Source: Mizuhopecten yessoensis
Lineage: Eukaryota
Direction of reading: 5' to 3'
Length of the DNA stretch: 64,000 nucleotides
Assembly (NCBI RefSeq): GCF_002113885.1
Contig: NW_018407390.1
Coordinates: forward strand, 2,725,587-2,789,586
Every line of letters starts with the position of its first letter. Positions within the stretch are counted from its first letter, which is position 1. The notes under the pieces are model-generated. The model had not been told where the DNA came from. It did not search any database and saw nothing but the letters and a program-made list of their open reading frames with translations. This document shows positions 1 to 15,037 of the stretch, piece by piece. The position numbers and the translations under genes are program-made.

Positions 1-344
1 GGCGTTACAGACTACGTAAGTACGGACAGAACGAGTAACGCTGTCACTTGGACGGTGATAAGGGCGTTACAGACTACGTAAGTACGGACAGAACGAGTAA
101 CACTGTCACTTGGACGGTGATAAAGGCGTTACAGACTACGTAAGTACGGACAGAACGAGTAACGCTGTCACTTGGACGGTGATAAGGGCGTTACAGACTA
201 CGTAAGTACGGACAGAACGAGTAACGCTGTCACTTGGACGGTGATAAAGGCGTTACAGACTACGTAAGTACGGACAGAACGAGTAACGCTGTCACTTGGG
301 CGGTGATAAGGGCGTTACAGACTACGTAAGTGCGGACAGAACGA
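1..344. repeat. 62-bp minisatellite, about 5.5 copies, cut by the window start
   Basis: Unit ggcgttacagactacgtaagtacggacagaacgagtaacgctgtcacttggacggtgataag recurs at about 1, 63, 125, 187, 249 and 311 with few substitutions. Confidence 0.97.
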
Positions 345-2979
345 TATATTTCATCAAACTTCCATTGCTCATCTTTTATGAAGAAGAAAAACATCATTTT
401 TATTTAAAAAATCATGCTGATGTAATCAAAGACAGGTAATATTTTTTAGCCTTATTACAAGTTTTCATCGAGGTTGTAGTTAAAGGCAGATCACAAATTG
501 AACATGAGAGACCATCAATGAACTAACACCCGGATTGCTGAATGGTACGATTAGGTTAACGGTGAGCTTTGACCTTTAGGATGTTAATAAGAATCAACAT
601 CAAAGAAGTAAACCATCCTTTGAAAACGGTTTTCTATACCTTCTTTGTCTTTTTGCCATCTTTCTGAAAGTATTTGTTATTCAAACATGATGCCAATATT
701 GGTACAGCAATCCCAACATAACTTCACTTAATAATAGGATACTGACAAAGTCGATTTCACGATAGGAAACCCTCGTCGGTATGAAAATAAAAAGAACGGA
801 ATGTAGACAACTTCAAACGGGAATATAACAATGTATCTTCACTTTGCAAACATTGTTCAAAATGTCAATTCACTTCACAAGCAGCCGCGCATTAATCTTG
901 GTTTCTAATAGCCTTTACTCATTCAACGGATATTTCACTAAATTACATGGGACGGTCTTCTCAACGCTTAATTTGAATATTTTATCAAATGATATATTTG
1001 CATTTAACTGATTTCGTGGTGTTATCATGCATACAACCGATGGACTATCATGCACTTCTAATATGATCAAAGGTATAGAATGAACAGCAATTACTACAGA
1101 CAAAACGTATTGAAATATACGGCACATAAAATTAAACAATGAATGCATACTCACTGTTAGGTTAGATAGCAGACTCTAACTTCTGATGATTTATAGACAT
1201 GAAACACGTTTTGTTTCCATAAAAAGCGTCAGCTATCGTTTAACATAAAAAATAGCTATTAACATATTTTATAGGTGCTACAATGTCTCCCTTCCGTTTG
1301 TCCTTTGATATACAGGGCGGTAGACTCTACTCCTAGACTATTGTTATAATGATCCCTTTGGAGTAGTGGCTACGGTTTAAAGATACATACTTTATTAAAT
1401 TGGTAAATTTATAGTATTTAAGTAATTTTACACACCTCCCCTTCTGCTTCGATATATTTAAAATTAATTTAGTTTTCCAGTTTTTGGGTCATTACATCAC
1501 CTGTAAGACGTACAAGGACTATTATTTTCGTTATTGTGTTACGCCCTTATATATACCCGACCACATTATGAAAACCGGAAATGCCTAAGGAAGCACCGAC
1601 TGTTTCTAAAATATACCACAATAAAAGGGAACAGAGAAAGTCCTATGACTATGTAGGGGACTCCACATCAATTACCTCTTAGGATCACAGATGCCGTTAT
1701 GCAGGTATAATTATTTTATAACATGATAACAATCGCGAATCATGCACGTGCAATGTTTATCTCTCCAAATATAGGAGTTAACGGCACACGTCTAACTTAA
1801 CACGCGTCCAATTCAACGAAAGGGAAACACCACGTGAATGTCCTTTTCTCCAAACATGTAAGTGTAAACACAACTAGATAGCCGTTCTCGTACCACACTC
1901 CACCTCCCTCCCATCAATCTCTGTAATCCTCCCTCCACCACCCTCCACCTCCCTCCTAATCAATCTCTGTAGTCATCCCTTTGTCTGCTGTTTAAGTGTA
2001 CCAATACGCTCATCTCTATGTACCGAAATATCAAAACGAAAAAAGTCGTTTTAAACAGACACGCTTGGAAAGGTTATGTTAGTTTGATTGATGATCGTAA
2101 ACAATAATCAGCAGCGTTCCCAAAATATAGGTGACTGCTTCCAACCATCTTGCACGCACAAGTTTTGCCCACAAGCAAACATGCTAAGATAACCTCAGAA
2201 AACATCCTTCTATATTCAACTAAAAACATAATAGGATCTGAGTTTAAATTTAATCCATATATTACTTGAATCGATCTGTATTACGAGACTCTGTCATCGT
2301 CTATGCCTACACAACTGCAGAATTATACCACTATCACAACCGTGCTGCATCTTGTTGGGATTTAAGTACTGAAGTAAGGCTGACTTTGCAGAGCCAGAAA
2401 GTGACCTTCTCCTCGCCTTATATACAGCCATTGAAGTAGAAATTTTGATGTTAACTAATCAACAGTGCAACCAACTTGACAACTACATTATACGCCATCT
2501 GTCCATCACCACCGCCTTCATTCCATTGTACTTTCTTCTATTATGTTACATCACACAATGGCATATGTAAAATAATGACATAACCTCATATTTTGTTCCA
2601 ACACAACTGGTGTAAACTATACAAATTATATAATTTAAGATAACCAGAAAACATATCGAATGTGTTTTTTAGTTTACATTCTTTTGTAGATTAAATCTTT
2701 CTAAAACACCTCCGCTGCCAACAATATGATAGTTACCAAATAGGGAAACGATGTCTCTAAAAAGAGGGCGTGAATTCAATTCCGCCGGAACAGCAGTTCC
2801 TGACCTTGTAAAGTTTTGCATGGTCTACAGATTGGTAGCTTAAAAAAAGAAACAGGCTGATATTTAATCGTGTGCGATCAAGAAACAAGCGCTAACAAAC
2901 CTTGCTCTGAAATCAGATAAACTTCCTAGTAAAACAATTGGGGTTATTAAGGATATTCAATATCAAATTGTAGAGAATG

Positions 2980-4480
2980 GCAATAAAACGGACCATCCCA
3001 ATAGAAAACAATTAACGATTTACACATGCCGTATTTTCATCGATTTTCCTTTTCATTGAATAGAGTATTTTATTGACGTACGTGAGATTTCGAAATCGTC
3101 TGTTTACAGCTGCAAGGAAATTTCTCTAGGGTATTACACAACTCTAAAAGGAGACACTGGTAATATGAACTACTATACTGTTACCAGGTAGCATTAAGAT
3201 AGACAATTATTGTTATACAATGTAAGAGTATCATCTATCACGAGCCTACTCGGCGTATAAGACATTTTTTTCCCCTCAAATATTTAGCGACTATCACTTT
3301 ACACTGCGTGGGACGGCCATCCTAACACGCCATTCGTATATTTGATCAGATTATAAATACTATTCTTATTTCAAGCATTCGGGGCTATTTCATATAAAAA
3401 AATCGATTCTTCGAATATCTAATCAATCAAAACAAAATAGAATTCGGATGTCGATACCTAATGTTTGATATCAAGAACTATCTTCAATAGAGCTCAACTT
3501 TTTGATATCAAAAATGATTCCTCGGTATAAAAATGGATATATATATATAGTCAACTGTCACTCTTTATGATTGCAATATACATTTGCTTTGTCCTCTCGT
3601 TTTCGATTACGGATGACAAGTCAAGTTTCTGAAAATTGAACAGATACCAAGCAAAAGGGTATTGCCGAAAGCAAGACGACATTACCCAACGAATGTCGTA
3701 AGGTCTTATTCGCATTTGGTGATCATGAAGAAGCAGTAACTTGCTTTTGACATTGTATTCAAATGCTTTCAGCGTTTCTGGTCAATGAAGTGTCGAGGTG
3801 TGCTCCTATGTTAAGTACAAATCGGACAGCGGGAATAGTGTAGGCACCAACCATCTGATTTCCTCATCTGGTGCTATCGCGTGAAGAGGCGATCTGCCTT
3901 ATCTTGGAACAGTTTCAGCATTGACGCTCATCGACAAACAACATTTGTTTTCTACCGAGCAACAATCCAGGGTAAGAGTTAAAGTATCGTTCTGCATACA
4001 CTCTTATGTAATAGTGAATAACTGGATTCGTTCATTCTTAAAACTCTGTAAGTATCGCAAGAGTTGCAACATAAAACCACTCCGACTTTGCATGCCTTTA
4101 TTAAACCAAACCAACCCAGTCCTCCTGATTAATAACGATATAAACAACAAAAATATGTATTTGTGAACAATCTTTCAAATCGCGCACATAGATAAAGTAA
4201 AGTCCAGCAACAGCAGAAATATCGGAGTGATTTACGAGAGACAATGCCATCTTGATAAGATTAGCAATAAAACGGACCATCCCGATAGCAAGAATTTACC
4301 TATTACTACTGGCTGCACTTGAATTGATTTTCCTTTTTATTGAATAGACTGTTCAAATGACGTATGTGAGATGTCAAAAATAGTCTAAGAAACTTTTTAC
4401 GATATTTCCGTATCATCTCCAGGGCAATACACAATTCCAAAAGAGGACACCGACTGTTTAAACTAATACACAGCGACCAG
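2980..4480 (+). repeat. Diverged ~210-bp direct duplication (about 2980-3190 and 4264-4480)
   Basis: Exact 20-mer gcaataaaacggaccatccc at 2980 and 4264, followed by collinear matches (gattttccttt..attgaataga, tgacgta.gtgagat, aggg.a.tacacaa). Confidence 0.8.
3620..4005 (-). mobile_element. Highly decayed L2-like LINE reverse transcriptase fragment
   Basis: Minus-strand fragments read YA(E/D)..., MLKLFQDKA and VGAYTIPAVRFVLNIGAHLDTSLT. This is the order of L2/CR1 RT motifs (YADD, LKLNxxKTE, VxNLGxxLDxxL), broken by stops and frameshifts. Confidence 0.6.
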
Positions 4481-7400
4481 ATAAGATTAAAATATAAATG
4501 AAAATGATTACACATCCTTCGAATATATCGAGTTCCTGAAAGCTGGAGCCAGTTTATGTTATATTTAGTTCAGCAATTTATTATTCAATTTGAATTTCTC
4601 TCATGTCATACTGTTTGATGAAGATATGTCGTAGCCCTTAGGTTAGGGACTGTTTGCCGACTGGTCTGCTAGTTCACCCTGATCGATATAACATAAGGTT
4701 TAGTAGAGGTATAAATTGGTGTTATTGTGATTGATTTATAAGTACACTTTTAGCATAAGAGTTGTAAATGTTAGTTGTTAGGAAATCACAGTCGTCACGA
4801 GAATATAAGAAACGTGTCGAAGCATCAGCTAACGACATTATTTTTTTAATCACAATACTCCGACTGACCAATCCCAAAAATACATACCTGGAAAGAGTCA
4901 TGCATCTATGTCTACCTCTGACGACAGCAGGTAGTTATCATACATATCTCTCTCCACGTGTGGCATCAGCAAGTACCTATCACATACATTGTCTACGTTT
5001 GATGTTGGCTAGTTGATATATATATTAACATTTAATCCTTGCAGATCATCAAAAATAATTGGGTTGCTTTATCCCATTGCTTGACCGTTAGGGAAAAGTT
5101 ATACTGGGTCCGATTAAGATGTTATTTATAATATCTTCAACGTGGGAGACATCAAAATAGCAGCAACACTGCAGCAATTAATTATCGTTATTATCAGTTA
5201 TGATAATCATAACAATAAAGTGCACAGACATTGATGTGCAACTTTTGGAGTTGACAGAAATGCACACACAGTTTTAGGTTTAGAAAAGTGGAAGACATTA
5301 CCATACCTAGGTTTCAAGTTAATTAAGACATTGCTGCAGTTGTTTTTCTATAGTATTCATGTTTTTATCTGTAACAAATAAGAGGTCATCCTTTGGTTGA
5401 ATTTAATCAAATGACAGAACGCTAAAATGTTATTAATATAAAGGATACTCCTATGTACAATATATATTCTTTAGGTTCTTGTTTGATGTTTGCGATTCAA
5501 TCTAATATCATTCAATGTGCAACCAGCAGAGCAGAATGCCGAGAGAAAGATGTTTTTTGCGCATATCTTCATTAAACACATCTTGGTTCCTGTTGATGTT
5601 TTAGCGTGTTTTTTTTACCTTTTAGCCCTTGGTTTATGTTTGATGTATTCGTTTTTTATGTTGTTTGTTCATCGCTTATGGATCGTAAAACAATATAGAA
5701 ATAAGCAAAACAACTCAATCTCGTTGTATTCCACAGTGTCTTGGCAACAGGTATAGGAAAAAAATCAAATTTAGAGTTAAGCAATATTACAAAATATTAC
5801 CTCTAAATATCAGATTGTATGATATTGGGACATGTGGTGATACAAGATTAGAAAATGTCCGAGCGGCTTTCCCGGTTTAACCTGCTGATTTTAAACTTCA
5901 TTTTAAATATTTCAACCACCAGAATAAACACAGAAACCATGAAAATGCGTTTGAACTGGCCATCATTTTGCTCCGTTTACATGTAATTACCTGTACATTT
6001 TAATGTTGTTATCGTTGACCAGTTTAATACTACAGTCAGAAGTATATACTGTAACTTTTGGAATGAAAACAGGTATTTGCTACAAATAACTTAAACAATT
6101 TTCGTACTATTTTATTGTATCTCGTTGTGTTTGCGTATTAATGGATTACACTGCAATGGTATAATCAATAAACTTCACAAGGCGAGTTAGGTTTAAGATG
6201 TGCATATACGAATGGAGAGTAATACCTATTTTTTTGTGTGTTTTGGCGTATCCTGTGGTTATTTCTCTCACTTTTAACTCTATTCTATTCAAGATAACTC
6301 GTATATCGTTTACTCCATTGATTATGGATTGTTTTTTCTTTTTAAATTTCATTGTCATGTAACTTATCGGTCAATTGAAGTTGTGTAATTCCTTATATGC
6401 GCAACAGCAATGAAAAATAATATCATACTTTATAATCGCTAGTAACGAAACGAAATATAATATAATTTACTGTATATATTCATTTATTATGTATATATAA
6501 CAAAAACAAAGCATAAGGCATGAAGATCGTGTGTTGATTCAAATGTACATATGAAAGGTACGCAAGGTTTATATATGTACACTTATTCATGCAATTGAGA
6601 TCTTTTAGAATCACCATTCTTAAAAACGCTCACCATTTCTTTTTTATCATTTAATTGTAATTTGATAATAGTATTTGTATATCACACTTGGGAATTATTG
6701 TTTCCTTTCATTATGTAATTGTTTCAGTATGTTTGTTGGTTACACAAATAGTCAACACGGCAAATTAAGTCAATTATTAATTTTTTAAACATATTTTTGT
6801 TCCTTTTGAAATTCGCTGTATCTTTATTTAAAGCATAAATTTGGCCTAATATTGATTAATCACAGCTATCAATAGGCCTGTTCAATACAGATTAAAATGA
6901 GACTTATTGGCGATGTTAAAGACGACCACGTAGGGAATACCGTCACTGGGATAACATGTGACTCTGCATTTACATGTTATTGTACCAATGAAACGAATAT
7001 AGGAAATGATGAGATGTAGTCATTTAAATGAAACAGTCACCAAAAAATCAGTTTCTTAATTAAGTCTTAGATAAGTCTATGCGGATAAGACGGTAATATG
7101 AATTGTAATGGGGCAATCTTGTTCAAAGCGCAATCAGTCTCATAGCAATACTGATAAAATAACTGTAATTATTCTCAAAAAAAAAATAAAAAAAATAAAC
7201 TGGACGCAAAGGAATAATAAAATCTATCAAATTCAGAACAAGACAACGTAATTATTACTGCTTCAGAAGCCCAGTAAAATATCAGTTTTTAATACTTATG
7301 TGAATAGATTGCTATGCGATTGCTAATCATACATTGTACGAAGGACCGTTTACGGACATGATTAAGTCGTCATAAAGCAATTTTCTTTAGATGTGAAGCC

Positions 7401-10029
7401 CTGTACAACAATCTAATTCACTGTTAATATATATGTAGTGGCTTTGTTCAATCATACAGCTCGTCACACAGGTAAGATGGTCTCTGTATTTAATCTAAAA
7501 TAGTCTTAATTGCAAATGTGATTAATCCTTTTCGCCGATCCCTAAAACAAATCGTATCTACAGCTAAAGGTTGTAAAGATAGCATTTAAATGTTATATTT
7601 TCTATTCCGTATCATTCCCCGGTGAATAATTTAAATTATTATAAATGATCGTTATGTCCAATGTTTTTAATTTCCGATATGAACTGGAGATAATCTATAG
7701 TGTCACAGATTCAGGTAGCAGATGTGTCCTAGTAGAGTAATAATCCTTCTTTACGTCTTAAAAGGATTGTTTTCTTCCAATTTACAGTTTTAAGCTCTAC
7801 GTCATGTTCCATGAATAGTGATTGCATTTTCTTTATGCCGATACAATTTTTGTATATGATATGGTCACTGTGTTTGTTCTCGGAATGAACAAAATATGGA
7901 GGATCATCACTGCCAACCAGTTGGCTGGACCAGTATTGAGACCTAAGAGCGATTGATGTAATGAGTTTGAGCTTCAAGAGTTAGTATGTGTATGGCATAA
8001 ATCACAATGATCTGTGTTCCTTTCTATATCAAATATATCATACAATAATTATATAAAATAGTTAAGTTATCTGAATAGGTGATCTAACCGAGGATACTAC
8101 CTGATACGATGACTGTATATCTGCTGTATATGATTGGTTAACACTTACATCGTGTATCCATACAATTAGGTGTACGTCACATTATCAAGACCATCTTATG
8201 GATATAAAGTACATGTAATTAAGCGACGCCTTTCTTTGATATACAATTGTTTTCCATGAATTGTAAATGGAGTAAAGTGTAAATAAAATATACGAACCGA
8301 ACCCATGTTTCAAGAGTATCACAAGTGAATAGACTGATCATTATTCAATGTCTATACATTGTGAACTACAACGGCAATCTTTTTGGATAGTCTTATTTAT
8401 TATAACCGTGGTTAATTGATCTAGATCCTAATAACTCACAAACCCTCTACTAAATAGCATAGCTTTAAATTTCCATTTCTACATAGATGTTATCGTGACT
8501 ATTGACTAAGTCCATATTGATATTGTGCTAAACGTTCACTCTATGGTTGGTTTGTACGTAAACACTCCTAACGAGTTCAGTCGATCCCTTCCGCAAATGG
8601 ATTTCCTCTTTAATAAAGAGGAAACATATGCATATACAGGGTCCATGCATAATGCCGTTTCACCATGTTCCGAAACAAACATGGGATTAGGAACACGTGA
8701 CATAAGCCTTGCATAGCTCATCATCTTGCTCATTGATTTTACGGTAGGTGACGTGATTTGTAATCTGTGTGTATTGAACGCTTGTAAATAAGAAGACACT
8801 GGTAAACACCCAAGAGATGTGAATTACACGGGTTTGAGTTACGCAATAATTGTAAATTTCCATTTATAGATGCAACAAATGCTGATGAAAACGCAAAATG
8901 TGAAATCTTTAATAACTTCTTATAAGAACTCTAAACCAGATGATAATAAAACGCCCTATCAACGAGATTAATTTGAAGACAGCAAATATGAGCCTTTGTT
9001 CAGCCTATACAATGGCCTTAAGTGTTATACTGTATGATTTTATGGCTCAATACCATCTTGTAATCTATTCTTTTGTCAGTTGACGGCGACTGTAGGTATG
9101 TTTAATGTGTGACGTTAACTAGCACCTCTTAATATGATTAAACCAGACTCTGATGGTAGAAAATCAAACTAATCAACCGTCAATAAAAACCTGAAGGAGC
9201 ATGCTGCGTTTTCTATAATTTCCCGGAAATTATGATGCTACAATCATAATAGAATTGTCTGGTGTCTCTTGAATAAGGTGCGGTGAAAGTATGCAAATGT
9301 CGCAAATGAAAACTCGTTTAGTTTGGTGTGTAAATTGTGCGCCATATGGTTCATTATGGTATAATTTTTAAAAAGGAATACGTTAAGGTTTTGCAAATTC
9401 AGATGGAAAGAAAGACAAAAATGAAAAATACTCTGCATTGTAACTGCCAAGAGGAACGTGAATTTAGGCAGGATCGCCATAAACAACGTCCCCAAAGAAA
9501 TCGGAAGGTTTTTTTAGAGTGAATCATTAGTTTATTGATTTATTGATTTACAATATCTCAATATCTCAACCGCAATACAAAAAAGAACAATTAAAAGGAT
9601 GTTAAACCCGAACAAAAACAAGATAACAACGTCAATCTTAAACTGTGCAATCTATAATTTATAGAGAATGAATTATGAAATATGTGAATATTATAGAAGA
9701 CAGGATATACTAGTTATATTTGGAAAGATTCTCATGTATCGTATTGCAACTTCTTCTGTCCGTCGTCCTCTGTCCGTCCTTTAATAGATCACCTTTCACA
9801 AGCAATGAATCAATTTTAATGAAATCGTGAAGGACGTCTTCATGGACGAAAAGGGTAATTTGATAGAATCAAGTAGCTTTTACTGATAGTGATTATTTTA
9901 TTTTTTCGAGGTCACAGATCCCAAATCACTCCCGATCCATAATAAATCTGCTGCAATAATTGGGATATTTATCATTTCTTAAATCCGTTTTGTTTCCTGG
10001 CGGCCTGTTTGGGAATGGTTCACTAACTG

Positions 10030-10390
10030 CCGTAGTGTTGAATGTTCGCTCAGCTGAGGAAGCAATAGATTCTGTCCAGAGGTCGGGACATACCAAGTCC
10101 TTGAAAATTGTAGTTAAACATTGATAAACGTTCAGCATTTAGCTGCTTAATCGCAACAACTGCTTTACCCTTTGTCAGTATAATTTGACCGAGTGGAATG
10201 CTGTGCTAGATACCCTCGACATGGTTTTTCAGAAAGTTCGCACAATAAAGTCGGCATCAGATCTGAGCTATCGAAACCAACAGAACGCCTCGAGCGACCA
10301 AAGACACACAGACACATATATTACACGCATGGGGACCTTAATGACCTAATGTATTAATAGTATGTTACAACCAATGAAACCGAACCAAGC
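10030..10390 (+). mobile_element. tRNA-derived SINE with a Meta-like core, near full length, diverged
   Basis: tRNA-like head, core ggtcgggacataccaag..aacgttcagcattta (also present inverted at 40660-40730), and a tail ...ccttaatgacc...ttaatag...aaccaa shared with other copies in the window. The Meta label is from recall. Confidence 0.7.
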
Positions 10391-12139
10391 GAATCTAAAG
10401 TTAACCGTCCATATTTGCTATGCATGTATTATTTTGCTTTGTCACGTCACAGCAACAAAAACAATGTATCACAGATCAGATGTTCATTAAGGACCATGGA
10501 CCTCGTGCTGAAAAAACCGTATATTGTATTAATTTCTTGCTTTTTATAAGGTGGAAGCATATATGAGTGATGTAAATTCTCTCCGCGAATCTCAACATGT
10601 CACAGGAAGAAACGTTGTAATGGTACTTTTACGTTTTCAATGTGGGTTTTATAGTCCTTCCTTGAATTGAACCTTATTTATTTGCTCGTTCATGTCAGTT
10701 TTTGAATTTGTACTGTTGGTTTTGTTCTTGTTGTCTTTTTCCACGATATTTTGAGTTCACGTCTATTTTTACTTATTTGCTTTGAAATCTTAATAAAACG
10801 CGGTATTTGTTAACAAAATTGATTTTGAGATAGAACTTGACTCGCTCTTCTCTGATGATTTCGTTGTGCTGTCCTGACGTACGCAGTCCTATCTACATCA
10901 ATAATATGGCGGCTGAAAAGAAATAAAACTGACGTGTACGTTGTGTAGGACCCATCATCGATAAACAATAACCCGAACAACTTATAGATAAGATAAGAAC
11001 AGACTGAAAATAACGATTCAGTGTTAACATCGTCATTAGCATGTCAACACTTAGAAAGAAACAGGACCAAAGATGAAAGCAATTTACTCCTATGTGTCAA
11101 TAGCTGTCCATGTAGTCTGGACAAATATATATGCACTTTTCTTTCAGTAAAACCAAGTAATAATAGTTTCATTTTTATACCTCCTACACATTTTCTTGCT
11201 GCTGAAGGAACAACATATGGTGAACCATACTGACAAATTGCATAGATTAACTCACAGTCAGTGATTGACAATATGGCGACAGAGATGGTCACATGGTTCA
11301 AGGTTTATTTTTCAAATTAAATATCAATCTATGGAAACGAAAACTATCGTTTGCTGATTTTAAAGTAAATGTTATGTTTATGCATGGTTTAGGAAACATA
11401 TCCTGTCTGCCGTATCAAAAATATATTCAGGTATGAAAATGTAAAAAGCTAACAGGAGTTCTCATACAAAAGAAGAAAGGTAAATGGAAGTGAGAGTCCG
11501 GAGAAGGGCAAACAACCATTACTGCTCTCATGACGTAAACATTGAACATATGGAACCTGACATTGTGAGCAAATAGACGTTTGAATGTACTGTGATTAAT
11601 TTACGATGACGCATATAATTAAATTACCAACCCTCTAAGGTCACGACGAAACCCTAGCACGAAGCATTTGCTAAACTATTTAGACTTCATTTTTTTTTTT
11701 ATTAGAATTTCCTATTTTGAGAACACGTCATAGTGACGTAAAGTACAGTTGTAATTGCAATACATATTCCCTAGGAATGTTATGCATCGAACATTAAAGC
11801 TTGCTATGTACACACTGAGTATGATGATGCTAAGTATCCGAGATCAAACGTCACATTTGGTGCAGTAATCAATGTCTTAAGTGACGTAATGTAATACACC
11901 TGCAGCGTCGATGTATCTATTTTATTTGTGCTATGGTAATCCATCTTCACGAAAATGAAACATATTTCCTATACAGTTACGCCTATCATTTAAATTAATG
12001 TTTTATACATTCAATGACATTTTCTTAATATTTTATACATGTGTCAACTCTCAAAATCTCTTCATATATTTCGAGATTTTTTTCTCCGTTATAACTTAGA
12101 TTGCAGTACGGCTCGATAATAATATGCGTGTGATTTGGA

Positions 12140-12190
12140 GGGATGGGGTGGTGGTGATCGGGATGGGGTGGTGGTAATCGGGATGGGGTG
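12140..12190 (+). repeat. G-rich 20-bp tandem repeat, about 2.5 copies
   Basis: gggatggggtggtggt(g/a)atc repeated. Confidence 0.85.
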
Positions 12191-14344
12191 TCACCGTGTG
12201 AAAGAGACACCGCGTTAGATATAGAAGGATATTGATTCAGTTTATCAAGACCGCCGTCTCGTTTTAAATCCTTTTTGCATCGAACCATATGGAAACCTCT
12301 ATGTGGAAGCAAACAAACGCCAGCCAAAATATCGCACAACAGAATTCTGACAGCAGGTTTCTTCACAGGTAAACTGAAATCCAGACAGCCTAGCTAAACA
12401 GTCAGTATTTAATCTCAGTTATAACTATCTTTCGACTTATTATTTTTTCATAATTTTGCATACGACTTCAAAACTATGAAGACAATTCGGATTATTACCC
12501 ATCGTCAATTAATGTTTGCCATTACAACCCGAACTCTTCATTGCACGAATCGGTAGACTTGAGTAAAATCACTATGACACAATATCGAGAAGTATCATAA
12601 TCTTCCGTGCGTGCGCTGTTTGTTTCGTAACTTCTGGCTATATTTTAACCAGTAAAACGTCTATTTACACAAGTGATTTGTTTCTTTATTCTTTTGATCA
12701 ACGTCCCATTACCAGCTTCTGTCATTGAATTAATGTTATCAATCTGACTTGAAGACTGATGAAGTTGTAAACAACATAAAATGACCATTCCTGACAATAT
12801 AGTCTGATGCATTGTCAGTTAAGTACTACTTAGGTCTAACAAGTTAATCTTTAAAGATGTTCTCATATCGAACATGCCCCTTACGTCAAAAGGATTTTCA
12901 GGTCCTGTCACCTGACCTTTATTTGGGTTCCCGGTCTGTCGGAACTAATGGGGATCAGAGGAAATGAGGAACGTAGATCAGGCTTCGCGCTGCTAAAAAA
13001 GCACTTAAATACCGATGTACATCTTGACGTTATATACTTCCTTACTCTGATTTCAAACCTTTCATAGCAAACTGTAATGCAACGAACTGACAGAGATTAT
13101 GAAGTTGTTTGTGATATAACCAAGCTTTTGACACAAGTACAGCAGAGCAGACCGCCTCAGACAAGACTGAGCGAAGGCTATTCCTACGCAGTCTTATATT
13201 TTACGACCGAGGAATAGTCTAAATGTCAGCCATATACGATCGAACTTTTACTGTCAAAACTTGTATTCTTGAATGTGCCCTTTCAAACAAAACCAAGCGT
13301 AGAACAAACCTGCTTGGTGTTGTTTATTTGTCATTAATTAATGGTGGTATACCTTCAGTTGATCGTTAACGAGATAATATATAATACAACCTACTCGTTC
13401 TGTTTTTGTTTTCTTTTCTGTTCCTATTGGACGTTATTCTCGCCCCGTCTTCACCGTACTCATACTTAAGCATGGATTTTCAGGTCAACTTTCTTGTGAC
13501 TTGCTTCAATCATGTGACACGGTATAAAATTAAGTGTAAACATAAGAAACAGTATTCGGCTTTGAGTCTATCCAACGTTCATCCAAAATTATTTATCAAA
13601 ATGTGAATTATTATGAATTGATCACAAGGACATGAAATTTGACTTGAGCACAGTAACTGAATTTGAGCATGAGAACGGTTTTATGAATACGGCCCAAGGA
13701 TTGGTAACAAAAACGCCTTTATCAGTCAACCATTTGACAAGGAATTTGATGGTATGAACCTTTAGATTATAAAATAAATTTGAAATTGAGCAATAAATTA
13801 TTTGCCATGGGAAAGATTTAAACATACATTAGAGTTTTGGACCTCATTGTCTAACACTGACGTAGTTTAGTTTAAAGTTTGTCGTGTTTTCTCCTAATTG
13901 AATTACTTAATGTGACATGCAACCAATTCTAAGCGCCATTCGTTGACAGTGAAAATCAATATTCAGAAGAAAAAAACATACCAATATTGCAACATTGATT
14001 TTACTGCATTTTTCTTCTGTCATTTTTTTCTAGCATGCTATAATAGTGGATTTACCAGTGGAAGGGAAAGTTATTTCGGTTACGTGACATTCACATAACT
14101 TCCGTTACTAATAACAGTTCGTGCCGCTTTGAATCATTTAAGTCGAAAAAATCAGTTCTTAGTTTTCTTCATCTACTAATACATTTTCTAATATGCGTTT
14201 CCTTACATTGTATTTCTAGGGATGATTTTGAGCTTCAATTAGCAGAACGTCAAATTAACGGCATTCGTCAAAACGATTTTTTTCAATAAATCTTTATCTT
14301 TAAATGATCATTTTAGTCTTTACAGGACACCTAACCATGAAATC

Positions 14345-14810
14345 AGCTCTTATGGGTATACGACTTAAGGGTTATATAATAAAACACGGGAATCACACTT
14401 TATGAGACAAAACATAGCAAAAGCTCTGATAACTGTCAGCGATATATCAGGCACAATCTGATTTATTTAATAAAGGGTTTCGGCTACGTTGTGGAATAGC
14501 TTACCATCTGCTATTAAAAAGGCAAATACCATGGGCTAATTCAAGAGAGACATCAATACTCACCAGTTCACGTCTGCATTTTAGGCTTTATGCAAAGACG
14601 TCATGTAAATTCCACCCATTATTTATTCCTTTATGTGCATGTTGCGATGATTATCTACTTGTCTAATGTATAAAAGTGATTGTAAGTCTTTATTTTTGTT
14701 TCACAATCATAACTAATACTATTATCCATATATTGTAAAGCGCCTTAGAGTAGTTTTACAAATTATATAGGCGCTATATAAATGTTGTATATTATTATTT
14801 ATTTATTTAA
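14345..14810 (+). mobile_element. L2 LINE 3' fragment
   Basis: Encodes LWNSLPSAIKKA..FK (ORF2 C-terminal motif) and ends in the L2-type terminus tgtaaagcgccttagag...aggcgctatataaatg followed by a (tta/ttta)n tail. Confidence 0.8.
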
Positions 14811-14880
14811 TTTCAAACCTAAAATATTGATAACGTACAATGTATATTGAAAGTTTTGGATTTTCAGTCTTAAACACTGA

Positions 14881-15037
14881 CCACATGTAATACAGCCACA
14901 TGTAATGCAGCCACCTGTATTACAGCCACATGTAATACAGCCACACGCAATACAGCCACATGTAATACAGCCATATGTGTTACAGGCACATGTAATACAG
15001 CCATATGTAATACAGCCAAATGTAACAAAGCCACATG
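14881..15037. repeat. 15-bp minisatellite, about 10 copies
   Basis: Unit ccacatgtaatacag with variants. Confidence 0.95.

Noticed and set aside
1-344. CRISPR-like appearance of the regular arrays (also 36658, 49288, 60060)
   Set aside because: Units are contiguous without unique spacers, there are no cas genes, and the context is eukaryotic.
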